A stretch of DNA of 64,000 nucleotides. Source: Elusimicrobiota bacterium. Lineage in GTDB: Bacteria > Elusimicrobiota > Elusimicrobia > UBA1565 > UBA9628. Where the stretch lies: positions 31,413 to 95,412 of the forward strand of contig JACRDS010000026.1 of assembly GCA_016212825.1 (NCBI GenBank). The letters run 5' to 3'. The translations under genes were made by a program, and so were the position numbers. Position 1 is the stretch's first letter. Every line of letters begins with the position of its first letter. Shown in pieces: positions 17,555 through 25,823 of this stretch. The notes under the pieces are model-generated. The model was not told the origin of the DNA and did not search any database. It was given only the letters and a program-made list of their open reading frames with translations.

Positions 17555-17606
17555 ATTCCGCGCGAAGCGCGGAATCCGGCGGTCCCCCTATGAGGGGGAC
17601 CGCCGG
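17555..17606 (+). terminator. Two tandem GC-rich hairpins immediately after the eno stop codon
   Basis: Hairpin 1 is ATTCCGCG-CGAAG-CGCGGAAT (17555-17575). Hairpin 2 is CCGGCGGTCCCCC-TATGA-GGGGGACCGCCGG (17576-17606), a perfect 13-bp stem. A short T-run follows (ccttttgt). Confidence 0.5.
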
Positions 17607-17623
17607 TCCGTTAGGGTGGCCTT

Positions 17624-17935
17624 TTGTACAATATCATGGTGACTCGCACTGAGATGGTCTCTTGGCTGAGGGAGAGCTGGGTCAAGGCTCTGGTGGCCGT
17701 CGGCCTGCTGGGCGTCTTCTTCGGCAACCAGGGCTTCCGCAGCCTGGTGCGCAACTGGATCGAGCTGCGCGGCCTGTCGCGCGAGATCGCGGCCCTGGAG
17801 GAAGAGAACTCCCGGACCGCGGCCCAGCTCAAGGAGTTGCGCGAGAGCGATTCGGCCCTGGAGCGTGAGGCGCGCAGGGTCGGGTTCATCAAGCCGGGGG
17901 AGACCGAGTACCGCTTCGAACCGCCCAAGAAATGA
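17624..17935 (+). CDS. ftsB: Septum formation initiator FtsB/DivIC-like protein
   Basis: A short protein with a single TM (WVKALVAVGLLGVFFG) followed by a coiled-coil region (EIAALEEENSRTAAQLKELRESDSALEREARR). It lies downstream of eno, as ftsB does in many bacteria. The start is uncertain: TTG 17624, ATG 17636 or ATG 17654. Confidence 0.6.
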   Translation: MYNIMVTRTEMVSWLRESWVKALVAVGLLGVFFGNQGFRSLVRNWIELRGLSREIAALEEENSRTAAQLKELRESDSALEREARRVGFIKPGETEYRFEPPKK

Positions 17936-18567
17936 AGCCCGCCATCTACCTGCGCCAGCTGGCCGTGGGCCCCATGCAGAACTACTCCTATCTCGTGGGG
18001 CCGGCGCGGGGACGGCACTGCGCGGTCGTTGACCCGGGCTGGGACGCGGCGGCGATCCGGGCCGCGGCCGCGGCGGACGGCCGGAGCATCCTGGCCCTGG
18101 CGCTGACGCACGGCCATTTCGACCACGCGGGGGCGGTCAAGGACCTCCTGGCGGCGGAAGAGGTCCCGGTCTTCGTGCACGAGGCCGACGCGCCGATGCT
18201 GGCCAAGGTCGCCAGGGCCGTCCGCCCCATGCCGGACGGCGGGAGCCTGGACGCGGGCGGACTGGAGTTGCGCGGCCTGCACACTCCCGGCCACACCCCG
18301 GGCTCCCAGTGCCTGCTCGGCCAGGGGCAGCTCTTCACCGGAGACACCCTGTTCATGGACTGCTGCGGCCGCACCGACCTGCCCGGCTCCGACCCGGCGG
18401 CCATGCACCGCAGCCTGCGGCGTCTAGCCGCCCTGCCTCCGGAGACCGTGGTCTGGCCGGGCCACGACTACGGGCCCCTGCCCAGCGGCCCGCTGAGCGC
18501 CGTGCTGGGGATCAACCCGTATCTCGCGGCCGCGGACCTGCGGGAGTTCCTCCGCCTGGGGGCCTGA
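17932..18567 (+). CDS. MBL-fold metallo-hydrolase (glyoxalase II-like)
   Basis: The THGHFDHAG metal-binding motif and a downstream HTPGHTPGS. Its start overlaps the ftsB stop (ATGA). Confidence 0.7.
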   Translation: MKPAIYLRQLAVGPMQNYSYLVGPARGRHCAVVDPGWDAAAIRAAAAADGRSILALALTHGHFDHAGAVKDLLAAEEVPVFVHEADAPMLAKVARAVRPMPDGGSLDAGGLELRGLHTPGHTPGSQCLLGQGQLFTGDTLFMDCCGRTDLPGSDPAAMHRSLRRLAALPPETVVWPGHDYGPLPSGPLSAVLGINPYLAAADLREFLRLGA

Positions 18568-18570
18568 GGC

Positions 18571-19362
18571 ATGCATCCCGTCTTCCTGCAGGTCGGGGAC
18601 TTCCGCGTCTTCAGCTATGGGGTGCTCATCGCCCTGGGCGGGCTGTTCTCCTGCCTCATCTGGTACGCCAAGCGCGCGCAGATGGGCCTGCGCGGCGAGG
18701 ACGACTTCTGGCTCCTGGTCAACGCCATCCTGATCGGGGGCTTCCTGGGCGGCCGCGTCCTGCACATCATCGAGTACGTCCCTTTCCGCGCCGCCGAGCT
18801 CTGGGACGCTGTCTTCTCCTTGACCCGGGGCTTCTCGGTACTGGGCGCCTTCGCGGGCGTCATCGGCGGCGTCTGGCTGACGGCCCGTTCCCGGCGCATC
18901 GCCTTCCTGAGGCTGCTCGACTACGTGAGCCTGCTCGCCCCCTTCTGGCACGTGTTCGGCAGACTGGGGTGCTTGCTGGCCGGCTGCTGCCACGGCCGGC
19001 CCGCGGACCTGCCCTGGGCCGTGCGCTTCACCGACCCCCGCGGCATGGTGGACCCGTCCTTGCTGGGAGTCCCTCTGCACCCAACCCAACTCTACGAGGC
19101 CGCGGGGGACGCCGCCATCTTCCTGGCGCTCTGGCGCTTCGTCCTGCCGCGTCTGGAATCTGGGCGGCTGGGCCCCGGGACCTTGAGCGGCCTCTATTTC
19201 GCGGCCTACGGCCTGCTGCGCTTCGTGCTGGAGTTCTACCGGGGCGACACCGTGCCGGGGTTGCTCGGCCTGACCGGAGGCCAGGGCCTCGCTCTAGCCC
19301 TGCTGGCCGCGGGGCTGGGCCTGGCCGCCTGGCGGCATAGGAAGCCATGCACCCCATCCTGA
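18571..19362 (+). CDS. lgt: Prolipoprotein diacylglyceryl transferase
   Basis: FGRLGCLLAGCCHGRP and PLHPTQLYEA signatures, 263 aa. Confidence 0.85.
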   Translation: MHPVFLQVGDFRVFSYGVLIALGGLFSCLIWYAKRAQMGLRGEDDFWLLVNAILIGGFLGGRVLHIIEYVPFRAAELWDAVFSLTRGFSVLGAFAGVIGGVWLTARSRRIAFLRLLDYVSLLAPFWHVFGRLGCLLAGCCHGRPADLPWAVRFTDPRGMVDPSLLGVPLHPTQLYEAAGDAAIFLALWRFVLPRLESGRLGPGTLSGLYFAAYGLLRFVLEFYRGDTVPGLLGLTGGQGLALALLAAGLGLAAWRHRKPCTPS

Positions 19363-20132
19363 TCTCTTTGGGGCCGCTGAGCCTCTCGACCTACGGCGCC
19401 GCCGTGGCGGCCGGCTACCTCGCGGCCATCCTCTGGCTCAAGTCCCGGATGGCCGAGATGCGCCTCGACGAGAAGAGCTTCTGGCGGCTCATCTACTGCC
19501 TCTTCTTCGGCGCCCTGGCCGGCGGCAAGCTGCTCTACTGGGCCGTGTCCTACCGGGAACTGCTCGACGGCCGGCTGAGCCTCTTGGGCGACATCCGCTA
19601 CGGCTTCGTGTTCTTCGGCGGCGTGCTGGGCGCCCTGGCCATGGGCTATGTCGCCAAGCTCTGGGTGAAGCTCGACTACATGTCCACGGCGGACTACGCG
19701 GGGGTGGCCCTGCCCCTGGGCCACGCGATCGGCCGGCTGGGCTGCCTGGCCGCGGGCTGCTGCTACGGCCGGCCCACGGAGATGCCCTGGGGCCTGGCCC
19801 TGGGCGGGCACCCGGCCTGCGTGACGCCGCGCGAGCTCTGGGGCATCCCCCTGCACCCGACCCAGCTCTACGAGGCCGCGGCCAGCGCGCTCATCTCGCT
19901 GGTCTTGCTCAAGGCGATGCTGCCCCGCGCCCGGGAACGCGAGCTGGTGCCAGGCACCGTTTTTCTTTCCTACGTCGCGCTCTACGGCGCGGCGCGCTTC
20001 TGGATAGAGTTCTACCGATTCGACGACCGGGGCGCCTCCGTGCCGCCGTTCTCCGTGTCGCAGTGGCTGGCCTTGGCCGGGATCGGGTTTGCGGCCGCGC
20101 TCATGGCGCGCCGGGGGGTGAGAACGCGATGA
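19347..20132 (+). CDS. lgt: Prolipoprotein diacylglyceryl transferase, second tandem paralog
   Basis: IGRLGCLAAGCCYGRP and PLHPTQLYEAAAS. It overlaps the first lgt by 16 nt and the downstream rluD by 4 nt. Confidence 0.85.
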   Translation: MHPILISLGPLSLSTYGAAVAAGYLAAILWLKSRMAEMRLDEKSFWRLIYCLFFGALAGGKLLYWAVSYRELLDGRLSLLGDIRYGFVFFGGVLGALAMGYVAKLWVKLDYMSTADYAGVALPLGHAIGRLGCLAAGCCYGRPTEMPWGLALGGHPACVTPRELWGIPLHPTQLYEAAASALISLVLLKAMLPRARERELVPGTVFLSYVALYGAARFWIEFYRFDDRGASVPPFSVSQWLALAGIGFAAALMARRGVRTR

Positions 20133-21064
20133 GCCGCGAGCCCGAGTCTTTCGTGGCGGACACCGCCCGCCAGCGCCTGGACATCTTCCTGACCGGCCGC
20201 CTGCGGGGCCTCAGCCGCGGCCACATCCAGAAGCTCATCGCGGCCGGTTCGGTGCGCGTGGACGGCGAGCTGGCGGAGGCGGACCGCCTCCTGCGGCCGG
20301 GGCAGACCGTGACCGTGGCGTCCCTGCGGCCGCGCTGGGAGGACGACCTGGGCGGGCTGTCGGACTGGATCCTCCATGAGGACCGCGACCTGCTGGTCCT
20401 GGAGAAGCCGGCGGGACTGCTCATGCATCCTCTGGGCACGAGCTGGCTGACCTCCCCGGAGGCGGCGCTGGCCGAGCCGCAGCCGAACCTGGCGGGCCTC
20501 CTGCTCAGGGGCAGGCCGGGCATCCGTTGCGCCGGCACCCCGCGCTGCGGCATCGTGCACCGGCTGGACCGGGCCACCAGCGGGGTCCTGCTGGTGGCCA
20601 AGACCCCGGCCGCCTCGGAGGCGCTCATCCGCTCCTTCAAGGACCGCCAGGTGTCCAAGACCTACCGCGCGGTGGTGCGCGGGGTCTGGCGGGAGAAGCG
20701 CTCCCGCGTGGAGGCGCCGGTGGGGCGCAAGCCGGGCCACCGCAAGGTGTTCGCCACGCCGTTCGGCAAGCAGGCCTCCACGGGCTTCACGGTCCTGGGA
20801 TCCTGCCCGTCCGGAGCCCTGGTAGAGGCGCGGCCCCTGACCGGCCGCATCCATCAGATCCGCGTGCACCTGGACCTGCTGGGCCACCCTGTGATGGGCG
20901 ACGTGGAGTTCGACAGGCCGGGGCCGGGAGCGCCCGTGCCGCCGCGCCTGATGCTGCACGCCTACAAGATCGAGTTCGCGCACCCGGCCACGGGCAAGCC
21001 GGCGAGCTTCTCCGCCCGGATCCCCAAGGACATGCGGGACTTCTGGGCTTCCATCCGGTCCTAA
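20129..21064 (+). CDS. rluD: RluA-family 23S rRNA pseudouridine synthase (RluD-like)
   Basis: An S4-like N-terminus (RLDIFLTGRLRGLSRGHIQKLIAAGSVRVDG). Catalytic motif HRLDRATSGVLLVAKT. Start taken as the ATG at 20129 (MSREP...). Confidence 0.85.
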   Translation: MSREPESFVADTARQRLDIFLTGRLRGLSRGHIQKLIAAGSVRVDGELAEADRLLRPGQTVTVASLRPRWEDDLGGLSDWILHEDRDLLVLEKPAGLLMHPLGTSWLTSPEAALAEPQPNLAGLLLRGRPGIRCAGTPRCGIVHRLDRATSGVLLVAKTPAASEALIRSFKDRQVSKTYRAVVRGVWREKRSRVEAPVGRKPGHRKVFATPFGKQASTGFTVLGSCPSGALVEARPLTGRIHQIRVHLDLLGHPVMGDVEFDRPGPGAPVPPRLMLHAYKIEFAHPATGKPASFSARIPKDMRDFWASIRS

Positions 21065-21111
21065 TCCGGGGACACCCACTTATCTCCCGGATTGAGTGAG
21101 TGTCCCCGGAT
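21064..21111. terminator. 12-bp perfect inverted repeat between convergent rluD and the LysR gene. Putative bidirectional terminator
   Basis: ATCCGGGGACAC (21064-21075) pairs with GTGTCCCCGGAT (21100-21111) across a 24-nt loop. The repeat spans exactly from one stop codon to the other. Confidence 0.4.
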
Positions 21112-22004
21112 CAACTAGCCCCGGCCTGGCCGGCGCTGAGGTGCTTCAGGAAGGCCTTCACGGTGCGGTCCCCGCGCCGTATCTTGCGCACCAGGCAGCC
21201 CAGGGGCCGCGAGAGCTTCTGCCCCGAGAAGCGCCGCACGCACAGGCTGCCGGCCTTGGCCTCGGCCGCCACGGTCGCCGCCGGCACGATGGCCACCCCC
21301 ATCCCGGTGGAGACCGCGTTCTTGATGGTCTCGATGTTGTCGAGCTCCATGCGCACACGGGGCCGCACGCCCGCCCGGCGCAGGACCTTGTCCAGGGCCT
21401 TGCGCGTGGGCGTGCCCCGGTCGAAGGCGATGAAGTCCTGCCCGGCCAGGTCGGCCAGGGCCATGGAGCCCCGGCCGGCCAGGGCGTGGCTCCTGGGCAG
21501 GATGAGGACCAGCTCCTCGTCGTGGATCGGGATGACCTGCAGGTCGCGGCGCTTGACCGGGTAGGCCATTAGGCAGAGGTCCGCCCGCCCGCGCAGCAGG
21601 TCGCCGCAGATGCGGCTCGCCTTCTGGTATTCCACCTCCACCTTGACGTCGGGGTGGCGCTTGAGGAAACCCTTGAGGTAGCCCTGCAGGACGTAGGTGC
21701 CCACGCTGTAGATGGCCGCGATGCGTAGGCGCCGGGCCGCCTCGGGAGATTCGGAGTGGATGCGCGCGGTGACCTCCTCATAAGAGGAGACGATGCGCTT
21801 GGCCGCGCCGTAGAAGGCCCTGCCGGCGGGCGTCAGCTTGAGTCGGCGGCCGCCCCGCTCGAGCAGGGGCCGGCCCACGGAGCGCTCCAACTGCTGGAGC
21901 TGCTGGCTCACCGCGGACTGGGTCAGGTAGTTGAGCTCGGCGGCCCGGGAGAAGGAGCCCGTCTCGATGAGGTCCCGGAAGATGCGCAGGGATTCGAGGT
22001 GCAT
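21111..22004 (-). CDS. LysR-family transcriptional regulator
   Basis: N-terminal HTH FSRAAELNYLTQSAVSQQLQQLERSVGRPLLER and a C-terminal substrate-binding domain. Confidence 0.85.
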   Translation of the reverse strand: MHLESLRIFRDLIETGSFSRAAELNYLTQSAVSQQLQQLERSVGRPLLERGGRRLKLTPAGRAFYGAAKRIVSSYEEVTARIHSESPEAARRLRIAAIYSVGTYVLQGYLKGFLKRHPDVKVEVEYQKASRICGDLLRGRADLCLMAYPVKRRDLQVIPIHDEELVLILPRSHALAGRGSMALADLAGQDFIAFDRGTPTRKALDKVLRRAGVRPRVRMELDNIETIKNAVSTGMGVAIVPAATVAAEAKAGSLCVRRFSGQKLSRPLGCLVRKIRRGDRTVKAFLKHLSAGQAGAS

Positions 22005-22018
22005 GGCCCGGGGCCGCC

Positions 22019-22951
22019 TCAGCCGCCCGGTTCCCGGCCTGCGGGCCGGGCCAGTTGCGCCTTTTCCTTGGAGAGGCTGTCGAGGAAGGAGCGTGCCGCC
22101 GGGCTGGGCGGCCCGCCCTTGCGCACCACCGCGGCCACCGGCCGCAGCAGGCGCAGGCCCGAGAAGCGCGCGGCGTGGATCTTCCCGGTCACGATCTCGT
22201 TGCGCACCGCCGCCTCCGGGACGATGGAGACCCCGGTCCCGGCCTGGATGGCGCTCTTGATGGTCTCGATGTTGTCGAGCTCGAGCTTGACCGAGACCCG
22301 CACGTTGTGCGCGCGCAGCACCTTGTCCAGGGCGGCGCGGGTGGGGGCGGCTTCGTCGAAGGCGATGAAGTCCTTGCCGTCGAGCCGGGCCAGCTCCAGG
22401 CGGGGCTCCTGGGCGAGCTCGTGCTCCGGGTGGCAGGCCAGGACCAGCTCGTCGTCGTAGAGGGGGACGATCTCCACGCCGCGGCGGCGCGCGGGGTAGG
22501 CCAGGACCCCCAGGTCGGCCCGGTTGCGTATGATGTCGTCGTAGATCCGGCCCGCCTTCTGGTAGCTGACCGAGAACTTGACGTCCGGGTTGCGGCGGAT
22601 GAACCTCTGGATGTGCCCCTGCAGGACGTAGGTCCCCAGACTGTAGATGGTGGAGATGCGCACCGTGCTCGAGAGGCCCCCGGAGACCGTCTGGAGCTGG
22701 GCCAGGGTCTCGGCATAGGTCTCCAGGATGCGCTTGGCGGTGCGGTAGAAGACCAGGCCCGCGGGCGTCAGGGTCAGGCCGCGGTTGGAGCGGCTGAGCA
22801 GGATGCGGCCCAGGCTGACCTCCAGGTTCTTGATCTGGTGGCTGACCGCCGGCTGGGTGAGGAAGTTGAGCTCCGCCGCCTTGGAGAAGCTGCCGGTGTC
22901 CACGAGGTCCCGGTAGATCTTGAGGGTTTCCAGGAGCATGTCTGTAGGCAT
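22019..22951 (-). CDS. LysR-family transcriptional regulator (tandem paralog), divergent from the hdr/nuo/mvh locus
   Basis: HTH FSKAAELNFLTQPAVSHQIKNLEVSLGRILLSR. Parallel domain layout to the downstream LysR. It may start at the internal ATG at 22939. Confidence 0.85.
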   Translation of the reverse strand: MPTDMLLETLKIYRDLVDTGSFSKAAELNFLTQPAVSHQIKNLEVSLGRILLSRSNRGLTLTPAGLVFYRTAKRILETYAETLAQLQTVSGGLSSTVRISTIYSLGTYVLQGHIQRFIRRNPDVKFSVSYQKAGRIYDDIIRNRADLGVLAYPARRRGVEIVPLYDDELVLACHPEHELAQEPRLELARLDGKDFIAFDEAAPTRAALDKVLRAHNVRVSVKLELDNIETIKSAIQAGTGVSIVPEAAVRNEIVTGKIHAARFSGLRLLRPVAAVVRKGGPPSPAARSFLDSLSKEKAQLARPAGREPGG

Positions 22952-22971
22952 TATAAATAAATTTAATGGAG

Positions 22972-22990
22972 AAATGAAATCAATTCATTT
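22972..22990. promoter_or_regulatory. Putative LysR-type (T-N11-A) operator dyad in the divergent intergenic region
   Basis: AAATGAA-atcaa-TTCATTT, a 7-bp inverted repeat. It contains T-GAAATCAATTC-A (T-N11-A) and sits in an AT-rich 100-bp gap between the LysR gene and hdrC. Confidence 0.4.
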
Positions 22991-23017
22991 GCCGGGCTGC
23001 CGGGGCCGTAGTATCAT
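22989..23017 (+). promoter_or_regulatory. Candidate sigma70-like promoter for the hdr/nuo/mvh operon
   Basis: TTGCCG (22989-22994), a 17-nt spacer, then TATCAT (23012-23017). SD GGAGGG lies 7 nt before the hdrC ATG. Confidence 0.3.
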
Positions 23018-23055
23018 GGCATATGCACATCAGCGGGGCGCCGGAGGGTTAGCGG

Positions 23056-23661
23056 ATGACGACCGAAGGGGCATCAGTGCTGCCGGGAGAAGGGCCATTG
23101 CGCGTTCTGCCAGTATCGCGGGAGAGACTCCGTTTCATCGGGGACATCCGGCAGGAGGGCGGACAGGATGTCGGCTTGTGCTATCAATGCCGGAAGTGCA
23201 CCGCGGGGTGCCCCGTCGTCGATGAGATGGACCTGACTCCCACGCAGGTCATCCATGCGGTCCGCCTGGGGCTGCGCGATCTCGTCCTGGACAGCAAGAC
23301 CATATGGATCTGCGCGTCTTGCGAAACTTGCACGACCAGATGCCCGCAGGAGGTGGACATCGCCAGGGTCATGGATGCGGCCCGCATCCTGGCGCGCCGG
23401 GAGGGCCGGCGCCCGAGAATCCCTGAGGTCGCCGCTTTCCACAGATCCGTGCTCGAGAGCCTCCGGATGTTCGGAAGGCTTTACGAGTTGGGGGCGATCG
23501 GCGCGCTCAAGCTCAGGACCATGAGGTTGACCGAGGACCTCGACCTCGGGCTCAGGATGTTCAAGAAGGGCAAATTCCGATTCATCCCGGCATTCGCGAA
23601 CGTCCTGGCGACCAACAGGATCTTCCGGAGGGTCAAGAAGGCTGAGAGGGCAAGAACATGA
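23056..23661 (+). CDS. Heterodisulfide reductase subunit C-like protein (two [4Fe-4S] ferredoxin motifs)
   Basis: CYQCRKCTAGCPV and CASCETCTTRCPQ, with HdrC-like length and layout. Confidence 0.75.
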   Translation: MTTEGASVLPGEGPLRVLPVSRERLRFIGDIRQEGGQDVGLCYQCRKCTAGCPVVDEMDLTPTQVIHAVRLGLRDLVLDSKTIWICASCETCTTRCPQEVDIARVMDAARILARREGRRPRIPEVAAFHRSVLESLRMFGRLYELGAIGALKLRTMRLTEDLDLGLRMFKKGKFRFIPAFANVLATNRIFRRVKKAERART

Positions 23662-24539
23662 GGTTCGCATATTATCCCGGTTGCTCGCTTCATTCCACGG
23701 GCCGCGAGTACGACGCGTCTTTCCGGGAGGTGTGCGCCAGACTCGGCTTGGAGCCGGACGAGGTCGAAGGCTGGACCTGCTGCGGCGCTTCCAGCGCGCA
23801 TGCGACCTCGCGCCTTCTCTCGGTGGCGCTGGCCGCGGACAACCTCGCCCGCGTCGAGACCGCGGGTCACAAGGACGTCGTCGTGCCGTGCGCCTCGTGT
23901 TTTTCAAGGTTCAAGGACGCCACGCACGAGATCGAGAGCGATCCCGGCATGAAAGCCGAGATCGGCGGGATATTGGGACGGCCCTTCTCCAATTCCGTGA
24001 AAACCATCCACCCGCTGGAACTGCTGGATAAGATGGGAGAGGAGGGGAGGCTCGGGGCGGCGCCGGTCAAGGAGATGCCGGGAGTGAGGGCCGTCTGCTA
24101 CTACGGCTGCCTCTTGACGCGCCCTCCCAAGGTCACCCAATTCGACGATTGCGAGTACCCTATGAGCATGGATAGGCTGCTCGGGAGGTTCGGCGTGCGG
24201 ACGCTGGACTGGTCGTACAAGACCGACTGCTGCGGCGCCGGTTTTGGATTGACTAGGCCCGCGATAGTCTGCAAGCTGGTCAAGAAGATCCTGGACAATG
24301 CCTCGGCGGCGGGCGCCAATGTCGTGGCGGTCGCCTGTCCATTGTGCCATGCCAACCTGGATTCCAGACAGGCTGATTTGAACCGCGCCGGCGGCAACGG
24401 CGCAGGCCCAGGCGCGTACAAGATGCCGGTGCTCTACTTCACGCAGTTGATCGGGCTGGCCCTGGGCGCGGCGCCGGAGAGTCTGGGCCTGGGGAGCCAT
24501 CTGGTCGAGACCGCTCCAGTACTGGGAATGATGAGATGA
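23658..24539 (+). CDS. Heterodisulfide reductase subunit B-like protein (two CCG cysteine-rich domains)
   Basis: Motifs WTCCGAS...VVVPCASCF and DCCGAGFG...VACPLCHANL. Confidence 0.8.
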   Translation: MRFAYYPGCSLHSTGREYDASFREVCARLGLEPDEVEGWTCCGASSAHATSRLLSVALAADNLARVETAGHKDVVVPCASCFSRFKDATHEIESDPGMKAEIGGILGRPFSNSVKTIHPLELLDKMGEEGRLGAAPVKEMPGVRAVCYYGCLLTRPPKVTQFDDCEYPMSMDRLLGRFGVRTLDWSYKTDCCGAGFGLTRPAIVCKLVKKILDNASAAGANVVAVACPLCHANLDSRQADLNRAGGNGAGPGAYKMPVLYFTQLIGLALGAAPESLGLGSHLVETAPVLGMMR

Positions 24540-25453
24540 GCGAAGCAAAAACCAACGACGGGAAAATCGGAGCCGCTCTGGTCGTCGGCGGCGGCATAGG
24601 GGGAATGCAGGCGGCCCTGGATCTGGCCGACTCCGGCATCAAGGTCTATCTGGTCGACAAGGAACCGTCCATCGGCGGAGTCATGGCCAAGCTGGACAAG
24701 ACCTTCCCCACCAACGACTGCGCCATGTGCACGATGGCGCCCAGGCTCGTGGAGGTCGGCAGGAACAAGGATATCGAGATTATCTCGCTGGCCGATGTGG
24801 AGAATCTCAGCGGCGGACCTGGCAATTTCACGCTGACCTTGCGCAAGAAGCCGCGTTTCGTGAAGGAGGACAAATGCACCGGTTGCGGCACCTGCGTGAC
24901 GAATTGTCCCGTGCGAAACGAGATCTATCTGGACGTCAAGCTGGATGAGATAAAGCTTGAGGACGCGGATATGTCCAAGACGACGGCGATACTGGAACGG
25001 TACAAGGGCAGGAAAGAAGACCTGATCGCTATTTTGCAGGACATCAACGCCGAGTACAGGTATCTGCCGGAATTCGTGCTGAAATACATGGCGCGCAAGT
25101 TGGATGTGCCTTACAGCCAAGTATACAGCATCGCCACTTTCTACACCGCTTTCAGCCTGGTGCCCAAAGGGAAATACAAGATTTCCGTGTGCCTGGGAAC
25201 GGCCTGTCATGTCAGAGGGGCTCAGCGTATCATGGAGAGCCTGGAAAGAGAGCTGGATATCAAGAACGGGGGGACGACCAAGGACATGTTGTTCAGCCTG
25301 GAATCCGTCAGGTGCATCGGGTGCTGCGGTCTGGCTCCGGTTTTCGCGATCAACGAGGAGCTTTACGGAAAGGTCTCGCAGGGGAAGGTCCCGCAAATAA
25401 TCGAAAAATACCGGAAGGCGGAAGTCAAGGACAAGGCCTATGCAAAAACTTAA
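24536..25453 (+). CDS. Fusion protein. The N-terminal about 130 aa is the first half of a HdrA FAD-binding domain. The C-terminal about 170 aa is a NuoE/HoxE-like thioredoxin-fold [2Fe-2S] subunit
   Basis: GAALVVGGGIGGMQAALDLADSGIKVYLVDKEPSIGGVMAKLDKTFPTNDCAMC and CTGCGTCVTNCPV are HdrA N-terminal hallmarks. SVCLGTACHVRGA...VRCIGCCGLAPV carries the NuoE Cys pattern. Confidence 0.7.
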   Translation: MSEAKTNDGKIGAALVVGGGIGGMQAALDLADSGIKVYLVDKEPSIGGVMAKLDKTFPTNDCAMCTMAPRLVEVGRNKDIEIISLADVENLSGGPGNFTLTLRKKPRFVKEDKCTGCGTCVTNCPVRNEIYLDVKLDEIKLEDADMSKTTAILERYKGRKEDLIAILQDINAEYRYLPEFVLKYMARKLDVPYSQVYSIATFYTAFSLVPKGKYKISVCLGTACHVRGAQRIMESLERELDIKNGGTTKDMLFSLESVRCIGCCGLAPVFAINEELYGKVSQGKVPQIIEKYRKAEVKDKAYAKT

Positions 25454-25823
25454 GCCTGAGGATCTGGGCAAGATCAGCGAAAGGATGAAGGGCGTGGTCA
25501 ATCTGCGCGACGGCGCGTATTGCGCAAAGATCACCGTTCATATGGGGACATGCGGGATAGCCGCCGGCGCCCGGAAAGTGATGACGGCCCTTCTGGCCGT
25601 TGTGGCGGAGAAGGGGAACAAGGATGTCCTGGTCACGACTTCGGGCTGCGCCGGGCTGTGCGGCCGCGAACCGATGGCCACTGTCGAACTGCGGGGTGAG
25701 GCGCCCGTGAAATACGGCAACCTGGACGAGGCCAAGATTAAAGAGATCTTCGACCAGCATGTCCTGGGCAAGAAGATCGTGACTGAATACGCGATCGGCA
25801 TAGGCAGTGAAAGGGTTTCCTAA
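25440..25823 (+). CDS. Small thioredoxin-like [2Fe-2S] ferredoxin (HndB-like)
   Basis: 127 aa. VHMGTCGIAAGARKV...TSGCAGLCGREP. This is the position a HndB/HydB-N type protein usually occupies, between NuoE-like and NuoF-like genes. Confidence 0.6.
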   Translation: MQKLKPEDLGKISERMKGVVNLRDGAYCAKITVHMGTCGIAAGARKVMTALLAVVAEKGNKDVLVTTSGCAGLCGREPMATVELRGEAPVKYGNLDEAKIKEIFDQHVLGKKIVTEYAIGIGSERVS

